Source of the DNA: Escherichia coli
GTDB lineage: Bacteria; Pseudomonadota; Gammaproteobacteria; Enterobacterales; Enterobacteriaceae
NCBI RefSeq assembly: GCF_041886205.1
Contig: NZ_CP169029.1
Strand: one strand, 5' to 3'
Length of the DNA: 64,000 bases
The notes under the pieces are model-generated. The model had not been told where the DNA came from. It saw only the letters and a list, made by a program, of their open reading frames with translations, and did no database searches. This document shows positions 34,985 to 52,979 of this stretch, one piece after another (positions within the stretch are counted from its first letter, which is position 1; each line of letters opens with the position of its first letter). A program made the position numbers and the translations under genes.

Positions 34985-36334
34985 ATGTCTGAAATTGTTG
35001 TCTCCAAATTTGGCGGTACCAGCGTAGCTGATTTTGACGCCATGAACCGCAGCGCTGATATTGTGCTTTCTGATGCCAACGTGCGTTTAGTAGTCCTCTC
35101 GGCTTCTGCTGGTATCACTAATCTGCTGGTCGCTTTAGCGGAAGGGCTGGAACCTGGCGAGCGATTCGAAAAACTCGACGCAATCCGCAATATCCAGTTT
35201 GCCATTCTGGAACGTCTGCGTTACCCGAACGTTATCCGTGAAGAGATTGAACGTCTGCTGGAGAACATTACTGTTCTGGCAGAAGCGGCGGCGCTGGCAA
35301 CGTCTCCGGCGCTGACAGATGAGCTGGTCAGCCACGGCGAGCTGATGTCGACCCTGCTGTTTGTCGAAATCCTGCGCGAACGCGATGTTCAGGCACAGTG
35401 GTTTGATGTACGTAAAGTGATGCGTACCAACGACCGATTTGGTCGTGCAGAGCCAGATGTAGCCGCGCTGGCGGAACTGGCCGCGCTGCAGCTGCTCCCA
35501 CGCCTCAATGAAGGCTTAGTGATCACCCAGGGATTTATCGGTAGCGAAAATAAAGGTCGTACAACGACGCTTGGCCGTGGAGGCAGCGATTATACGGCAG
35601 CCTTGCTGGCGGAGGCTTTACACGCATCTCGTGTTGATATCTGGACCGACGTCCCGGGCATCTACACCACCGATCCACGCGTGGTTTCCGCAGCAAAACG
35701 CATTGATGAAATCGCGTTTGCCGAAGCGGCAGAGATGGCAACTTTTGGTGCAAAAGTACTGCATCCGGCAACGTTGCTACCCGCAGTACGCAGCGATATC
35801 CCGGTCTTTGTCGGCTCCAGCAAAGACCCACGCGCAGGTGGTACGCTGGTGTGCAATAAAACTGAAAATCCGCCGCTGTTCCGCGCGCTGGCGCTTCGTC
35901 GCAATCAGACTCTGCTCACTTTGCACAGCCTGAATATGCTGCATTCTCGCGGCTTCCTCGCGGAAGTTTTCGGCATCCTCGCGCGGCATAACATTTCGGT
36001 AGACTTAATCACCACGTCAGAAGTGAGCGTGGCATTAACCCTTGATACCACCGGTTCAACCTCCACTGGCGATACGTTGCTGACGCAATCTCTGCTGATG
36101 GAGCTTTCCGCACTGTGCCGGGTGGAGGTGGAAGAAGGTCTGGCGCTGGTCGCGTTGATTGGCAATGACCTGTCAAAAGCCTGCGGCGTTGGCAAAGAGG
36201 TATTCGGCGTACTGGAACCGTTCAACATTCGCATGATTTGTTATGGCGCATCCAGCCATAACCTGTGCTTCCTGGTGCCCGGCGAAGATGCCGAGCAGGT
36301 GGTGCAGAAGCTGCATTTTAATTTGTTTGAGTAA
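34985..36334 (+). CDS. lysC: Lysine-sensitive aspartokinase III
   Basis: 449-aa translation MSEIVVSKFGGTSVADFDAMNRSADIVLSD... matches LysC. Confidence 0.97.
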   Translation: MSEIVVSKFGGTSVADFDAMNRSADIVLSDANVRLVVLSASAGITNLLVALAEGLEPGERFEKLDAIRNIQFAILERLRYPNVIREEIERLLENITVLAEAAALATSPALTDELVSHGELMSTLLFVEILRERDVQAQWFDVRKVMRTNDRFGRAEPDVAALAELAALQLLPRLNEGLVITQGFIGSENKGRTTTLGRGGSDYTAALLAEALHASRVDIWTDVPGIYTTDPRVVSAAKRIDEIAFAEAAEMATFGAKVLHPATLLPAVRSDIPVFVGSSKDPRAGGTLVCNKTENPPLFRALALRRNQTLLTLHSLNMLHSRGFLAEVFGILARHNISVDLITTSEVSVALTLDTTGSTSTGDTLLTQSLLMELSALCRVEVEEGLALVALIGNDLSKACGVGKEVFGVLEPFNIRMICYGASSHNLCFLVPGEDAEQVVQKLHFNLFE

Positions 36335-36478
36335 TATTTCCCTACTGGCGTATAACGCTCACCAATTGTTATACGCCATCCTCACTGAAAATATAGATTA
36401 AATAATATCTGAAAAATAAAATCACTCCTGTAGAACAGTATTATAATCACCGAAAAATATTATTTAACAGGAGTGTTA

Positions 36479-37405
36479 ATGGCTACTTTAATGGAAAAAG
36501 ATGCACTTTTAAATGGCACCAGTCAGTGCATCGCGTTTTTATCAAATATCGTTGATAATTGCTCAGTTTCGTCACGTCAGGATTCAGGCGATGATCTCAC
36601 ACGATTAGTCAGCTATCGCGATTATCTTTACTCTACCCCCGCTGAACTTGTTGATTTTACACAGGGAAAGAGTCACCTTCAGCAGATTAGAACTCAATAT
36701 CAGCATGAATTCAACAATACTACGCATTCAGAAAATAAAGCATCTTTTGATTCTATTTGGCAGCGTCTGACAAATCATGAAGTCACACCGCAACAGCATC
36801 CCATTGGTTTTGTTTTAGGTGGGCAACCCGGAGCAGGTAAATCATCTCTGATTGAATTAGCCAAAAGAGAGACAAAAGATAATATAATGATTATTAACGG
36901 TGATGATTTTCGATTTCTACACCCTGATTTTAATTATATCTACCAAAATTATGGGGATGATTTTGTTACCCATACAGCGAAATTTTCCGGCGAAACGGTC
37001 GAACGTGCAATTGAGAGAGCGATAGTCAGTAAACTCAACATTGTTGTCGAAGGAACATTTCGTAATGCCGCTACGCCGTTACAAACATTAAAAAAACTCA
37101 AAGATGCAGGCTACCAAACAGAAGTCATGATAAAAACAACCTCAGCGGCATTAAGCTGGGAAAGCACCAATGAACGGTATAATAAGGACAAAGAGGCGGG
37201 AAATATTGCCCGAAAAGTGGATAAAAACCACCATGATATCGTCACCGGTTTGCTGGCAGAAAATGCCCGCAAGGTGTTTGCTTCGAACCTGTCAGATAAG
37301 TTTGCGGTGTATTCGCGTGAGAAGATGATATTTAGTTCACAAGCGGCAACGAATGACGATATTGCAACGCTTATACAGAATGAAATCAGCGGGAATACAC
37401 AATAA
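36479..37405 (+). CDS. Zeta-toxin-family P-loop kinase with N-terminal extension, EzeT-like
   Basis: Walker A GGQPGAGKSS and zeta-type kinase core in the C-terminal two thirds; about 100-aa N-terminal extension; AGGAG SD 6 nt before ATG 36479; AT-rich. Confidence 0.6.
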   Translation: MATLMEKDALLNGTSQCIAFLSNIVDNCSVSSRQDSGDDLTRLVSYRDYLYSTPAELVDFTQGKSHLQQIRTQYQHEFNNTTHSENKASFDSIWQRLTNHEVTPQQHPIGFVLGGQPGAGKSSLIELAKRETKDNIMIINGDDFRFLHPDFNYIYQNYGDDFVTHTAKFSGETVERAIERAIVSKLNIVVEGTFRNAATPLQTLKKLKDAGYQTEVMIKTTSAALSWESTNERYNKDKEAGNIARKVDKNHHDIVTGLLAENARKVFASNLSDKFAVYSREKMIFSSQAATNDDIATLIQNEISGNTQ

Positions 37406-37440
37406 TAATAAGAGCTGATGGCGTGAAATAACGCCGGGCA

Positions 37441-38232
37441 TCACGCCCGGCGCATTACCGTCTGGTACATTAAGCTATCCAGTTCCTTAACGTCCCCTTC
37501 TCTGCTATCCGGTAACAGCGGTGGAATTTCCCCACGCGCCAGTTCCGCACGAATAAACGCATGTAACAATGGACGGCGCGGACCATATTCCGCTTCTCCT
37601 GCGCGCTGTTTACGTCCCAGTAATTCGTCTATTTCTGCACGTAACGGCGCATCAAGTTCACTTCCCGCCAGTAGCTCAGCAAAGCGCATTGGCGGCACGC
37701 CTTTTCCCGCTTCGACCCAGCGCACGGCCAGCAGCGGACGCAGCACGTAAAAGTATTTTTTCAGTCGAACTTCATCGCCCTGCAAATATCCGCGGAAGTT
37801 TTTCTGCGCCATCGAATAGTAATGCCAGCGCGCACGCAGCGGAGAAAACCACATTGGGACCATTGCCTTAAGCGCCGTTATCGTTTCTTCATCTTGTTGA
37901 TAGACCACCGGAGAATCCAGCCATTCTATCAGCGTCGGGTTCGCGCCTTTCAATAATCCCAGCGCCTTACGCCACTCCCAACCGGAAACATCTAACTCGT
38001 CGTCGATGGGCAGCTCGATAACATCGCGCGGCGGCTCCACCCGCAGATACCATTCCAGCGGGTGAACATACAAAAACCGTACATCGTAGTCGCTGTCGGG
38101 CGAGGCAAACCCCCAGCCGCGGCTCCCGGATTCACAGGCATACAGCACTTTCACGCCGTAGCGCCGTTCTATTTCTTTTAACTGCTGCGATACCCGTTCG
38201 CGCATCGCAGCACTGACTCCATTTAATGGCAT
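37441..38232 (-). CDS. Nucleotidyltransferase-fold protein (COG3541/PF10127-like)
   Basis: Pol-beta-type NTase motif GSRGWGFASPDSDYDV; ATG 38232 with AAGGG SD, 5 nt after the upstream gene stop. Confidence 0.6.
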   Translation of the reverse strand: MPLNGVSAAMRERVSQQLKEIERRYGVKVLYACESGSRGWGFASPDSDYDVRFLYVHPLEWYLRVEPPRDVIELPIDDELDVSGWEWRKALGLLKGANPTLIEWLDSPVVYQQDEETITALKAMVPMWFSPLRARWHYYSMAQKNFRGYLQGDEVRLKKYFYVLRPLLAVRWVEAGKGVPPMRFAELLAGSELDAPLRAEIDELLGRKQRAGEAEYGPRRPLLHAFIRAELARGEIPPLLPDSREGDVKELDSLMYQTVMRRA

Positions 38233-38237
38233 GTTAC

Positions 38238-39365
38238 TCACCCTTTGATATTAACCAACCCATGCAGAACCTGATCCAGACCGCCAAATACAGAGATGTT
38301 ATCGATCCGCTCAGCCACTCTCTCCAGCGTTTCTAGCTCTTTTAAACGCAACGCTACCGGATTGTTCTCCATGACTTTGGCGGTGTTCAGTAACGAGCGC
38401 GTCGCTGCCGTTTCTTCACGTCGGCGAATCACATTCGCCTGCGCAGATTTCTCCGCCTCAACCAGCTGCGCAAGGATATTTTTCATATCGCCAGGCAGGA
38501 CGATATCTTTCACCCCTAATGAAGCAATCTCCATACCAAATGGCAACATGCGCGATTTCACCTGTTCGCTGACAACGTCATCAATGACCTGTTTATCTTC
38601 CAGCAGTTCATCCAGCGTACGAGTACCTACCGCTTCACGCAGGGCAAATTGCAATTCCCGATACAAATGATCAATCGGCTTCGTTAACTGACTAAATGCT
38701 AATAACACGTCGCTGTAGCGCCAGTTAGCCGCGAGGTTAATCCGCAGATTGACCTTATCTTTCGTTAAGATTTCTTGCCCGCTGACTTCCAGTACCTGCA
38801 AGCGGGTGTCAACCACTTCAGTTTCAACCAGATGGTTAATTTTCCAGTACGCGGTAAGCCCCGGCGGTAACAGCGCCTGCGTTTCACCATCGATTTTCAG
38901 CACGCCTACATGCCAGGCCGGAACCTGCACCGTCAGTATCGCATCGCGGCCTTTAACAACTCCTTTGCGCCGTGGCTGTAATACCGCATTCATCACCTCC
39001 GTTTGTACCGGGACTTGCTGCGTATTCATCCGCACCAGCGTCAAATCATCCTCTACACGCCAGTACAAACGACGCGTTGATGGCAGCAGGATCTCCAGCA
39101 AAATACCGTCCATATACAACGCCCCGGCTTCAGTCTCCGACAAGTCTGCCACCAGGCAATATTTCTCCACCCAATCAGGCTGAAAGCGGCGCAAATAGTC
39201 CGCCAGCACGTCGGGAACTTCGCTACCATCCAGCGTAATCAGCAACACTTCCGGGGTATTAAACCAGGGTAAAAAATGCTCGCCTGCATGTAGCACTTTG
39301 TAGTAATCGCCGTTTCTGGAGAGTAATGCCAGCTGATCTTTTCTTACGCTTATTTTTTTAATCAT
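38238..39365 (-). CDS. SPFH/band-7 (stomatin/slipin-like) domain protein
   Basis: C-terminal half has the SPFH pattern (VNLRINLAANWRY...TLDELLEDKQVI...GMEIASLGVKDIVLPGDMKNILAQLVEAEK...); no obvious N-terminal TM segment. Confidence 0.6.
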   Translation of the reverse strand: MIKKISVRKDQLALLSRNGDYYKVLHAGEHFLPWFNTPEVLLITLDGSEVPDVLADYLRRFQPDWVEKYCLVADLSETEAGALYMDGILLEILLPSTRRLYWRVEDDLTLVRMNTQQVPVQTEVMNAVLQPRRKGVVKGRDAILTVQVPAWHVGVLKIDGETQALLPPGLTAYWKINHLVETEVVDTRLQVLEVSGQEILTKDKVNLRINLAANWRYSDVLLAFSQLTKPIDHLYRELQFALREAVGTRTLDELLEDKQVIDDVVSEQVKSRMLPFGMEIASLGVKDIVLPGDMKNILAQLVEAEKSAQANVIRRREETAATRSLLNTAKVMENNPVALRLKELETLERVAERIDNISVFGGLDQVLHGLVNIKG

Positions 39366-39893
39366 TATCTATTCCTTGCTTAACAGCCGTCGCGGAAGCA
39401 GACACGAAGCGACAGGGGAATTCCCTTTTGCCTGTTACCCGGCGTCTTTATCGGCGACGTTATCGGGGATCGCTGACTGCGCAATCCCTCATTTTTTATT
39501 TAATAAGTTACAACCAGTATTCATTTCAGGAATGAATGTGGGAATCGAACCCATAATTGGCGTCAAAGGCTGACGGAACACGCCCGGAAAACAGCCTGAC
39601 CGTTCCTGGTGTGCCGACGGGGTTTAACCCCCTTTGAAATTCAGTTTCAACGCATAGGAGTTATTGCGAGAATCGTGCCAGAAGTAAAAAAAACACCTAA
39701 TCAAATGAAAAATAAAGATTTAATAAATTATTGTTTTTTATTGGGGGAAAACTTTTCGCTAAATTTGTATCTGTATTTATCATCAATTATCAAGAAAGAT
39801 AAATATTTCAGAAGAGAATAAAGGAATATTATCAGTTCTGCTTGCAAATGAATTCCCGTACACTGAATCCATCGGCTCACTGAGGGCACCATC

Positions 39894-40166
39894 ATGGCAC
39901 TCCCCCGTATTACCCAAAAAGAGATGACTGAACGCGAGCAGCGTGAACTTAAAACACTGCTGGATCGGGCGCGGATTGCGCATGGTCGCGTACTGACCAA
40001 CTCCGAAACCAACAGCATTAAGAAAGAGTACATCGATAAATTAATGGTTGAGCGTGAGGCTGAAGCAAAAAAAGCCCGCCAATTGAAGAAAAAGCAGGCT
40101 TATAAACCGGATCCTGAAGCGTCATTTAGCTGGTCAGCAAATACGTCGACGCGCGGCAGGCGCTGA
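39894..40166 (+). CDS. yjbD: YjbD (DUF3811 family)
   Basis: 90-aa translation MALPRITQKEMTEREQRELKTLLDRARIAHGRVLTNSETNSIKK... matches YjbD. Confidence 0.9.
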   Translation: MALPRITQKEMTEREQRELKTLLDRARIAHGRVLTNSETNSIKKEYIDKLMVEREAEAKKARQLKKKQAYKPDPEASFSWSANTSTRGRR

Positions 40167-41039
40167 TTAGCGCCCCTTCTTTTTTCGCCCCGGCGAGGTA
40201 AAACGCTTACCGTTGGACGCCGGGCGACCGCCTTTTTCCGCCGTTTTTTCCATCTTAACGACTGGGCGTTTGATGCCCGCCGTTTTCGGTTTGGCCTTCG
40301 CTTTAGGTTTTGCCTCGGAAGAGGAATTTTCGATGAGTTTAAAGAGGTCGATTAACTCATCGTCAGTTAAATCGCGCCACTCACCCAGCGGAATGCCGCT
40401 TAAACTGACGTTCATAATGCGCGTACGTTCCAGCTTTTTCACTTCGTAACCAAAGTGCTCGCACATGCGACGGATCTGACGGTTCAGCCCCTGCACCAGG
40501 GTAATGCGGAAGACAAACGGCGCTTCTTTTTTGACTTTGCACTTTTTCGTCACCGTCCCGAGGATCGGCACTCCCGCCCCCATACCACGAATAAATTCAT
40601 CGGTAATCGGTTTATCGACCGTCACCAGATACTCTTTCTCATGATCGTTACCCGCACGGAGGATCTTATTCACCAGATCGCCGTGATTGGTGAGGAAAAT
40701 CAGCCCCTGGGAGTCTTTATCCAGGCGGCCAATCGGGAACACGCGTTTGCTGTGGTTAACGAAATCGACAATGTTATCGCGCTCGCCATCTTCGGTGGTG
40801 CTGACAATACCGACGGGCTTGTTCAGGGCGATAAGTACCAAATCTTCGGCTTCCCGAGGCTCAATCAACTGACCGTTTACTTTCACAACGTCGCCGGGTT
40901 TCACCTGATCGCCAATGGTGGCTCGCTTGCCATTAAGGAACACATTGCCTTGCTCGATATAGCGATCCGCTTCGCGGCGTGAGCAAATTCCGCTTTCGCT
41001 GATGTATTTATTTAAACGGACTGATGAGTCGGGCAGCAT
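40167..41039 (-). CDS. rluF: 23S rRNA pseudouridine synthase F
   Basis: 290-aa translation matches RluF. Confidence 0.93.
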   Translation of the reverse strand: MLPDSSVRLNKYISESGICSRREADRYIEQGNVFLNGKRATIGDQVKPGDVVKVNGQLIEPREAEDLVLIALNKPVGIVSTTEDGERDNIVDFVNHSKRVFPIGRLDKDSQGLIFLTNHGDLVNKILRAGNDHEKEYLVTVDKPITDEFIRGMGAGVPILGTVTKKCKVKKEAPFVFRITLVQGLNRQIRRMCEHFGYEVKKLERTRIMNVSLSGIPLGEWRDLTDDELIDLFKLIENSSSEAKPKAKAKPKTAGIKRPVVKMEKTAEKGGRPASNGKRFTSPGRKKKGR

Positions 41040-41250
41040 AAATTCTCCTGTAAAAAACGGAATATACCGTACCTTTGGGTTGATAAAAAATAGTCATGAG
41101 CGAACTATTTGTTATTTCCATTGGCTTGAATTCGTTACCTGCTCAAATCACTTTCCAGAAGCAATGTGCGACATCGTGAGCCATGTCAGTAAGTGGTTAA
41201 ATTCGCAGTGGTAGCATGCCTTCCGTGATTTCTTACTAACCGGAGAAGTA

Positions 41251-41940
41251 ATGGAACTGCTTTTATTGAGTAACTCGACGCTGCCGGGTAAAGCCTGGCT
41301 GGAACATGCACTGCCGCTAATTGCTGAACAGTTGCAGGGTCGCCGCTCAGCGGTGTTTATCCCTTTCGCTGGCGTAACGCAGACCTGGGATGATTACACA
41401 GCGAAAACGGCTGCGGTTCTCGCTCCGCTGGGTGTTTCTGTCACCGGTATTCATAGCGTTGTCGATCCCGTTGCCGCGATTGAAAATGCTGAGATCGTGA
41501 TTGTCGGCGGCGGGAATACTTTCCAGTTGCTGAAACAGTGCCGCGAGCGCGGGCTGCTGGCACCAATTACTGACGTGGTTAAACGTGGCGCTCTGTATAT
41601 TGGCTGGAGCGCAGGCGCTAACCTTGCTTGCCCAACTATTCGTACCACCAACGATATGCCGATTGTCGATCCGCAAGGTTTCGATGCGCTAAATCTGTTC
41701 CCGCTGCAAATCAACCCGCACTTCACCAACGCGCTGCCGGAAGGCCATAAAGGTGAAACCCGTGAGCAGCGTATTCGCGAACTGCTGGTCGTCGCGCCAG
41801 AACTGACGATTATTGGTCTACCGGAAGGTAACTGGATCACAGTGAGTAAAGGTCACGCTACGCTGGGTGGCCCGAACACCACTTATGTGTTTAAGGCTGG
41901 TGAAGAAGCGGTTCCGCTGGAAGCTGGTCACCGTTTTTAA
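41251..41940 (+). CDS. pepE: Dipeptidase E (alpha-aspartyl dipeptidase)
   Basis: 229-aa translation matches PepE. Confidence 0.95.
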
Positions 41941-41942
41941 GT

Positions 41943-42025
41943 GAATTGCCGGATGCATGATCCGGCATCTTGTTCATAGTGCCTGATGCGACGCTTGACG
42001 CGTCTTATCAGGCCTACAGGATTCA
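41943..42025. repeat. REP element between pepE and yjbB
   Basis: gccggatgcatgatccggc and gcctgatgcgacgc...gcgtcttatcaggcc units. Confidence 0.65.
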
Positions 42026-42030
42026 CAATA

Positions 42031-43662
42031 TTAATACTCGTCCCGTCCTTCATCTTCATCCGGCTGTTCCAGCACACTGTAAGCCACCGAACAAAACAGC
42101 GAGTTCAGGCGCTGCATATCTCCCAGTAAGCCTAAATGTAGCGAACTGGTTTCAATGCTCTGCACGTTTTGCTGATGCAGGCGATCGACGTGGGCGTGGG
42201 AATAGCGGCGATTAAGAATGCGAAAACGATGTTTGCTGCGACGCAAACGACGAGCGCTGGTGACATCGCCAGAGAAGAACACCGACATTGCCAGTTTTAA
42301 ATTACTGAGCAATTGCTCATAGAGCGCATCCAGTTCCTTCAAGCCATCAAGCGAAAATGCCCGCCGTGCTGCCAGCGATTTATCGGCAATTTCGCTGCCC
42401 ATGCGCTCGACGATATCGGAAGCCTGTTCAAGGTTGAGCGACATTTCGATGATCTCCGCCCAGCGGCGCGACTCTTCTTCTGCCAGTTCCTCTTTTGGCA
42501 TTCGCGCCAGATACAGCTTAATGGCGGTGTAGAGAACGTTGATATCATCTGCCAGCTTACGCAGCTCTTTCTCCTGCCGTGGCTCGCCGTGCATCACTTT
42601 ATTCAGCCCTTCCATCATCTGTTCCATGGCGTCGCCAATGCGCAGGGTTTCGCGCGCGGCGTTCGCCAGAGCAAGCGTGGGCGTATCCAGCGCGCTGACA
42701 TCCAGATGTTTAGGCCGTAGCTGGGTATCCAGTTCCGGTTCATCGCGAATAATCGTTTTGCAAAACCGTGCCATCGGGTCAACAAATGGCAGCATGACCA
42801 GGCAACGTACAAGGTTGTAGAAGACGTGGAAATAGATCACCAGTTCCGCTTTTGGCAATGACAACTTCCCCATTGTCTCTGCCAGCAAATGGACAAACGG
42901 CAGGATAATCAGGCTACCCACCAGCTTAAACAGCAGACTACCCAGCGCGACACGGCGGGCTGCGGCATTGGCGGCACTGTTGTTGAGCATCGCCAGCAGA
43001 CCGGAACCGAGGTTAGCACCAATCACCAGACAGAGCGCCACGGGGAAGGAGATAATGCCTGCGGCGGTCAGAGTCGCGGTCAGCAGTACAGCAGCAAGGC
43101 TGGAGTAGCTGATAATGGCGAACATCGCGCCAATCAGCGCATCCAGCAGAATATCGCCGGTCAGCGAGGCAAAGATCACCTGAACGCCGTTTGCCTGGGT
43201 GATCGGCGTTACGGCCTGCACAATCAACTCCAGCGCTAGCAAAATCAGCCCAAGACCAATACCGACGCGGCCCAGTTGCCCGGCGCGTGACTGTTTGCGT
43301 CCGAGGAAAAAAATCACGCCGATAAAAATAAGTAACGGTGACAGCCAGGATAAGTCGAAGGTGAGAATACGCGCCATTAGCGCCGTCCCGACATCTGCCC
43401 CCAGCACAATGACCAGAGCCGGTGCGAGGGCTACCAGATCCTGAGCGACGAACGAGGTCACCAGCATGGTGGTGGCATTACTGCTCTGTACAAGTGCGGT
43501 AACGCCGATCCCCGCGCAAAAGGCGAGCGGCTTTTTTTCGACGCTCCGGCTAAGGACAGTACGCAAACGCGCGCCGAAGACGCGCATTACGCCGGTTCGA
43601 ACAATATGAGTCCCCCAGACCAGCAGGGCGACGGCAGAAAGCAGGTGAAGCAGCGTTAACAC
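42031..43662 (-). CDS. yjbB: Putative Na+/phosphate symporter-family inorganic phosphate exporter YjbB
   Basis: 543-aa translation matches YjbB. Confidence 0.9.
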   Translation of the reverse strand: MLTLLHLLSAVALLVWGTHIVRTGVMRVFGARLRTVLSRSVEKKPLAFCAGIGVTALVQSSNATTMLVTSFVAQDLVALAPALVIVLGADVGTALMARILTFDLSWLSPLLIFIGVIFFLGRKQSRAGQLGRVGIGLGLILLALELIVQAVTPITQANGVQVIFASLTGDILLDALIGAMFAIISYSSLAAVLLTATLTAAGIISFPVALCLVIGANLGSGLLAMLNNSAANAAARRVALGSLLFKLVGSLIILPFVHLLAETMGKLSLPKAELVIYFHVFYNLVRCLVMLPFVDPMARFCKTIIRDEPELDTQLRPKHLDVSALDTPTLALANAARETLRIGDAMEQMMEGLNKVMHGEPRQEKELRKLADDINVLYTAIKLYLARMPKEELAEEESRRWAEIIEMSLNLEQASDIVERMGSEIADKSLAARRAFSLDGLKELDALYEQLLSNLKLAMSVFFSGDVTSARRLRRSKHRFRILNRRYSHAHVDRLHQQNVQSIETSSLHLGLLGDMQRLNSLFCSVAYSVLEQPDEDEGRDEY

Positions 43663-43881
43663 GAGTTCAGGTTCTCCTTATCGTTATATGTTCCTGAAGC
43701 AATTGAATGACCAAAGGACCGGAAACACGCTGACTGGCATCTTTACTGTGCCTTTTGACATTCGTTTTTCCGGCTAAGATTATTCCAGCCTGTTTCCAGT
43801 ATAAGTGTTTCATATTAATAAAGAGACAGGGCACTCATTGAGCGCCCTGTTTGTTGTAAGGAAAAGTGACAGATTTGTGAA

Positions 43882-47565
<3,684 letters not shown>

Positions 47566-47764
47566 ACTTGCTCCCGACACGCTCAACCCAGATTTAATAA
47601 AAATTCAACAAACCATACTGGCATAAACGCATCTGTGGTAAAAGCGACCACCACGCAACATGAGATTTGTTCAACATTAACTCATCGGATCAGTTCAGCA
47701 ACTATTGCATTAGCTAACAATAAAAATGAAAATGATTTCCACGATACAGAAAAAGGAGACTGTC

Positions 47765-48589
47765 ATGGTCGCACCCATTCCCGCGAAACGCGGCAGAAAA
47801 CCCGCCGTTGCCACCGCACCAGCGACTGGACAGGTTCAGTCTTTAACGCGTGGCCTGAAATTACTGGAGTGGATTGCCGAATCCAATGGCAGTGTGGCAC
47901 TCACGGAACTGGCGCAACAAGCCGGGTTACCCAATTCCACGACCCACCGCCTGCTAACCACGATGCAACAGCAGGGTTTCGTGCGTCAGGTTGGCGAACT
48001 GGGACACTGGGCAATCGGCGCACATGCCTTTATGGTCGGCAGCAGCTTTCTCCAGAGCCGTAATTTGTTAGCAATTGTTCACCCTATCCTGCGCAATTTA
48101 ATGGAAGAGTCTGGCGAAACGGTCAATATGGCGGTGCTTGATCAAAGCGATCACGAAGCGATTATTATCGACCAGGTACAGTGTACGCATCTGATGCGAA
48201 TGTCCGCGCCTATCGGCGGTAAATTGCCGATGCACGCTTCCGGTGCGGGTAAAGCCTTTTTAGCCCAACTGAGCGAAGAACAGGTGACGAAGCTGCTGCA
48301 CCGCAAAGGGTTACATGCCTATACCCACGCAACGCTGGTGTCTCCTGTGCATTTAAAAGAAGATCTCGCCCAAACGCGCAAACGGGGCTATTCATTTGAC
48401 GATGAGGAACATGCACTGGGGCTACGTTGCCTTGCAGCGTGTATTTTCGATGAGCACCGTGAACCGTTTGCCGCAATTTCTATTTCCGGACCGATTTCAC
48501 GTATTACCGATGACCGCGTGACCGAGTTTGGCGCGATGGTGATTAAAGCGGCGAAGGAAGTGACGCTGGCGTACGGTGGAATGCGCTGA
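47765..48589 (+). CDS. iclR: Glyoxylate shunt repressor IclR
   Basis: Translation from MVAPIPAKRGRKPAVATAPATGQVQSL... (274 aa) matches IclR. Confidence 0.95.
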   Translation: MVAPIPAKRGRKPAVATAPATGQVQSLTRGLKLLEWIAESNGSVALTELAQQAGLPNSTTHRLLTTMQQQGFVRQVGELGHWAIGAHAFMVGSSFLQSRNLLAIVHPILRNLMEESGETVNMAVLDQSDHEAIIIDQVQCTHLMRMSAPIGGKLPMHASGAGKAFLAQLSEEQVTKLLHRKGLHAYTHATLVSPVHLKEDLAQTRKRGYSFDDEEHALGLRCLAACIFDEHREPFAAISISGPISRITDDRVTEFGAMVIKAAKEVTLAYGGMR

Positions 48590-48905
48590 CTTTTTCTGGC
48601 GGGCAGAGGCAATATTCTGCCCATCATACCTGAGTGGCAATAGAATAAGGGTGTCTGTTAATCGCATTGACGCCAAAATAACTTAATGTCATACACTTCA
48701 CACACTTTTATTAACTCAGCATTATTTTTAAACATCAAACCACTTAATTATTAACAAAATCGCAAGATCTCATTCCACCGAAACTTTTACGGCTGCATTA
48801 TGAGATTGAGCGATTTATGATATTTCTTTAGTTGTAATCATATTAAATTTTTTCACTGTTCTGATAGTTAAAATTCAAGACATCAATAAATAATGAGATA
48901 TTTAA

Positions 48906-52797
<3,892 letters not shown>

Positions 52798-52809
52798 TTA
52801 GCGCCCTCA

Positions 52810-52975
52810 TCAGGAGCAGAGAATTGCCGGATGCGGCGTAAACGCCTTATCCAGCCTACGTTCGGCAACGGTTGTAGGCATGATAAGACGCGCAAGCGTC
52901 GCATCAGGCATCGTGCACCGATTGCCGGATGCGGCGTAAATGCCTTATCCGGCCTACAGTCAGCAACGGTTGTTG
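52810..52975. repeat. REP elements in the aceA-aceK intergenic region
   Basis: Several gccggatgcggcgtaaa(c/t)gccttatcc(a/g)gcc units. Confidence 0.8.
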
Positions 52976-52979
52976 TTGC

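Noticed and set aside
34660-35205. 181-aa minus-strand ORF overlapping the lysC leader and 5' end
   Set aside because: Antisense to the lysC leader and the lysC start; no RBS; better explained by the leader plus lysC.
42313-43444. Multiple plus-strand ORFs within yjbB
   Set aside because: Antisense to yjbB, which matches the known 543-aa protein.
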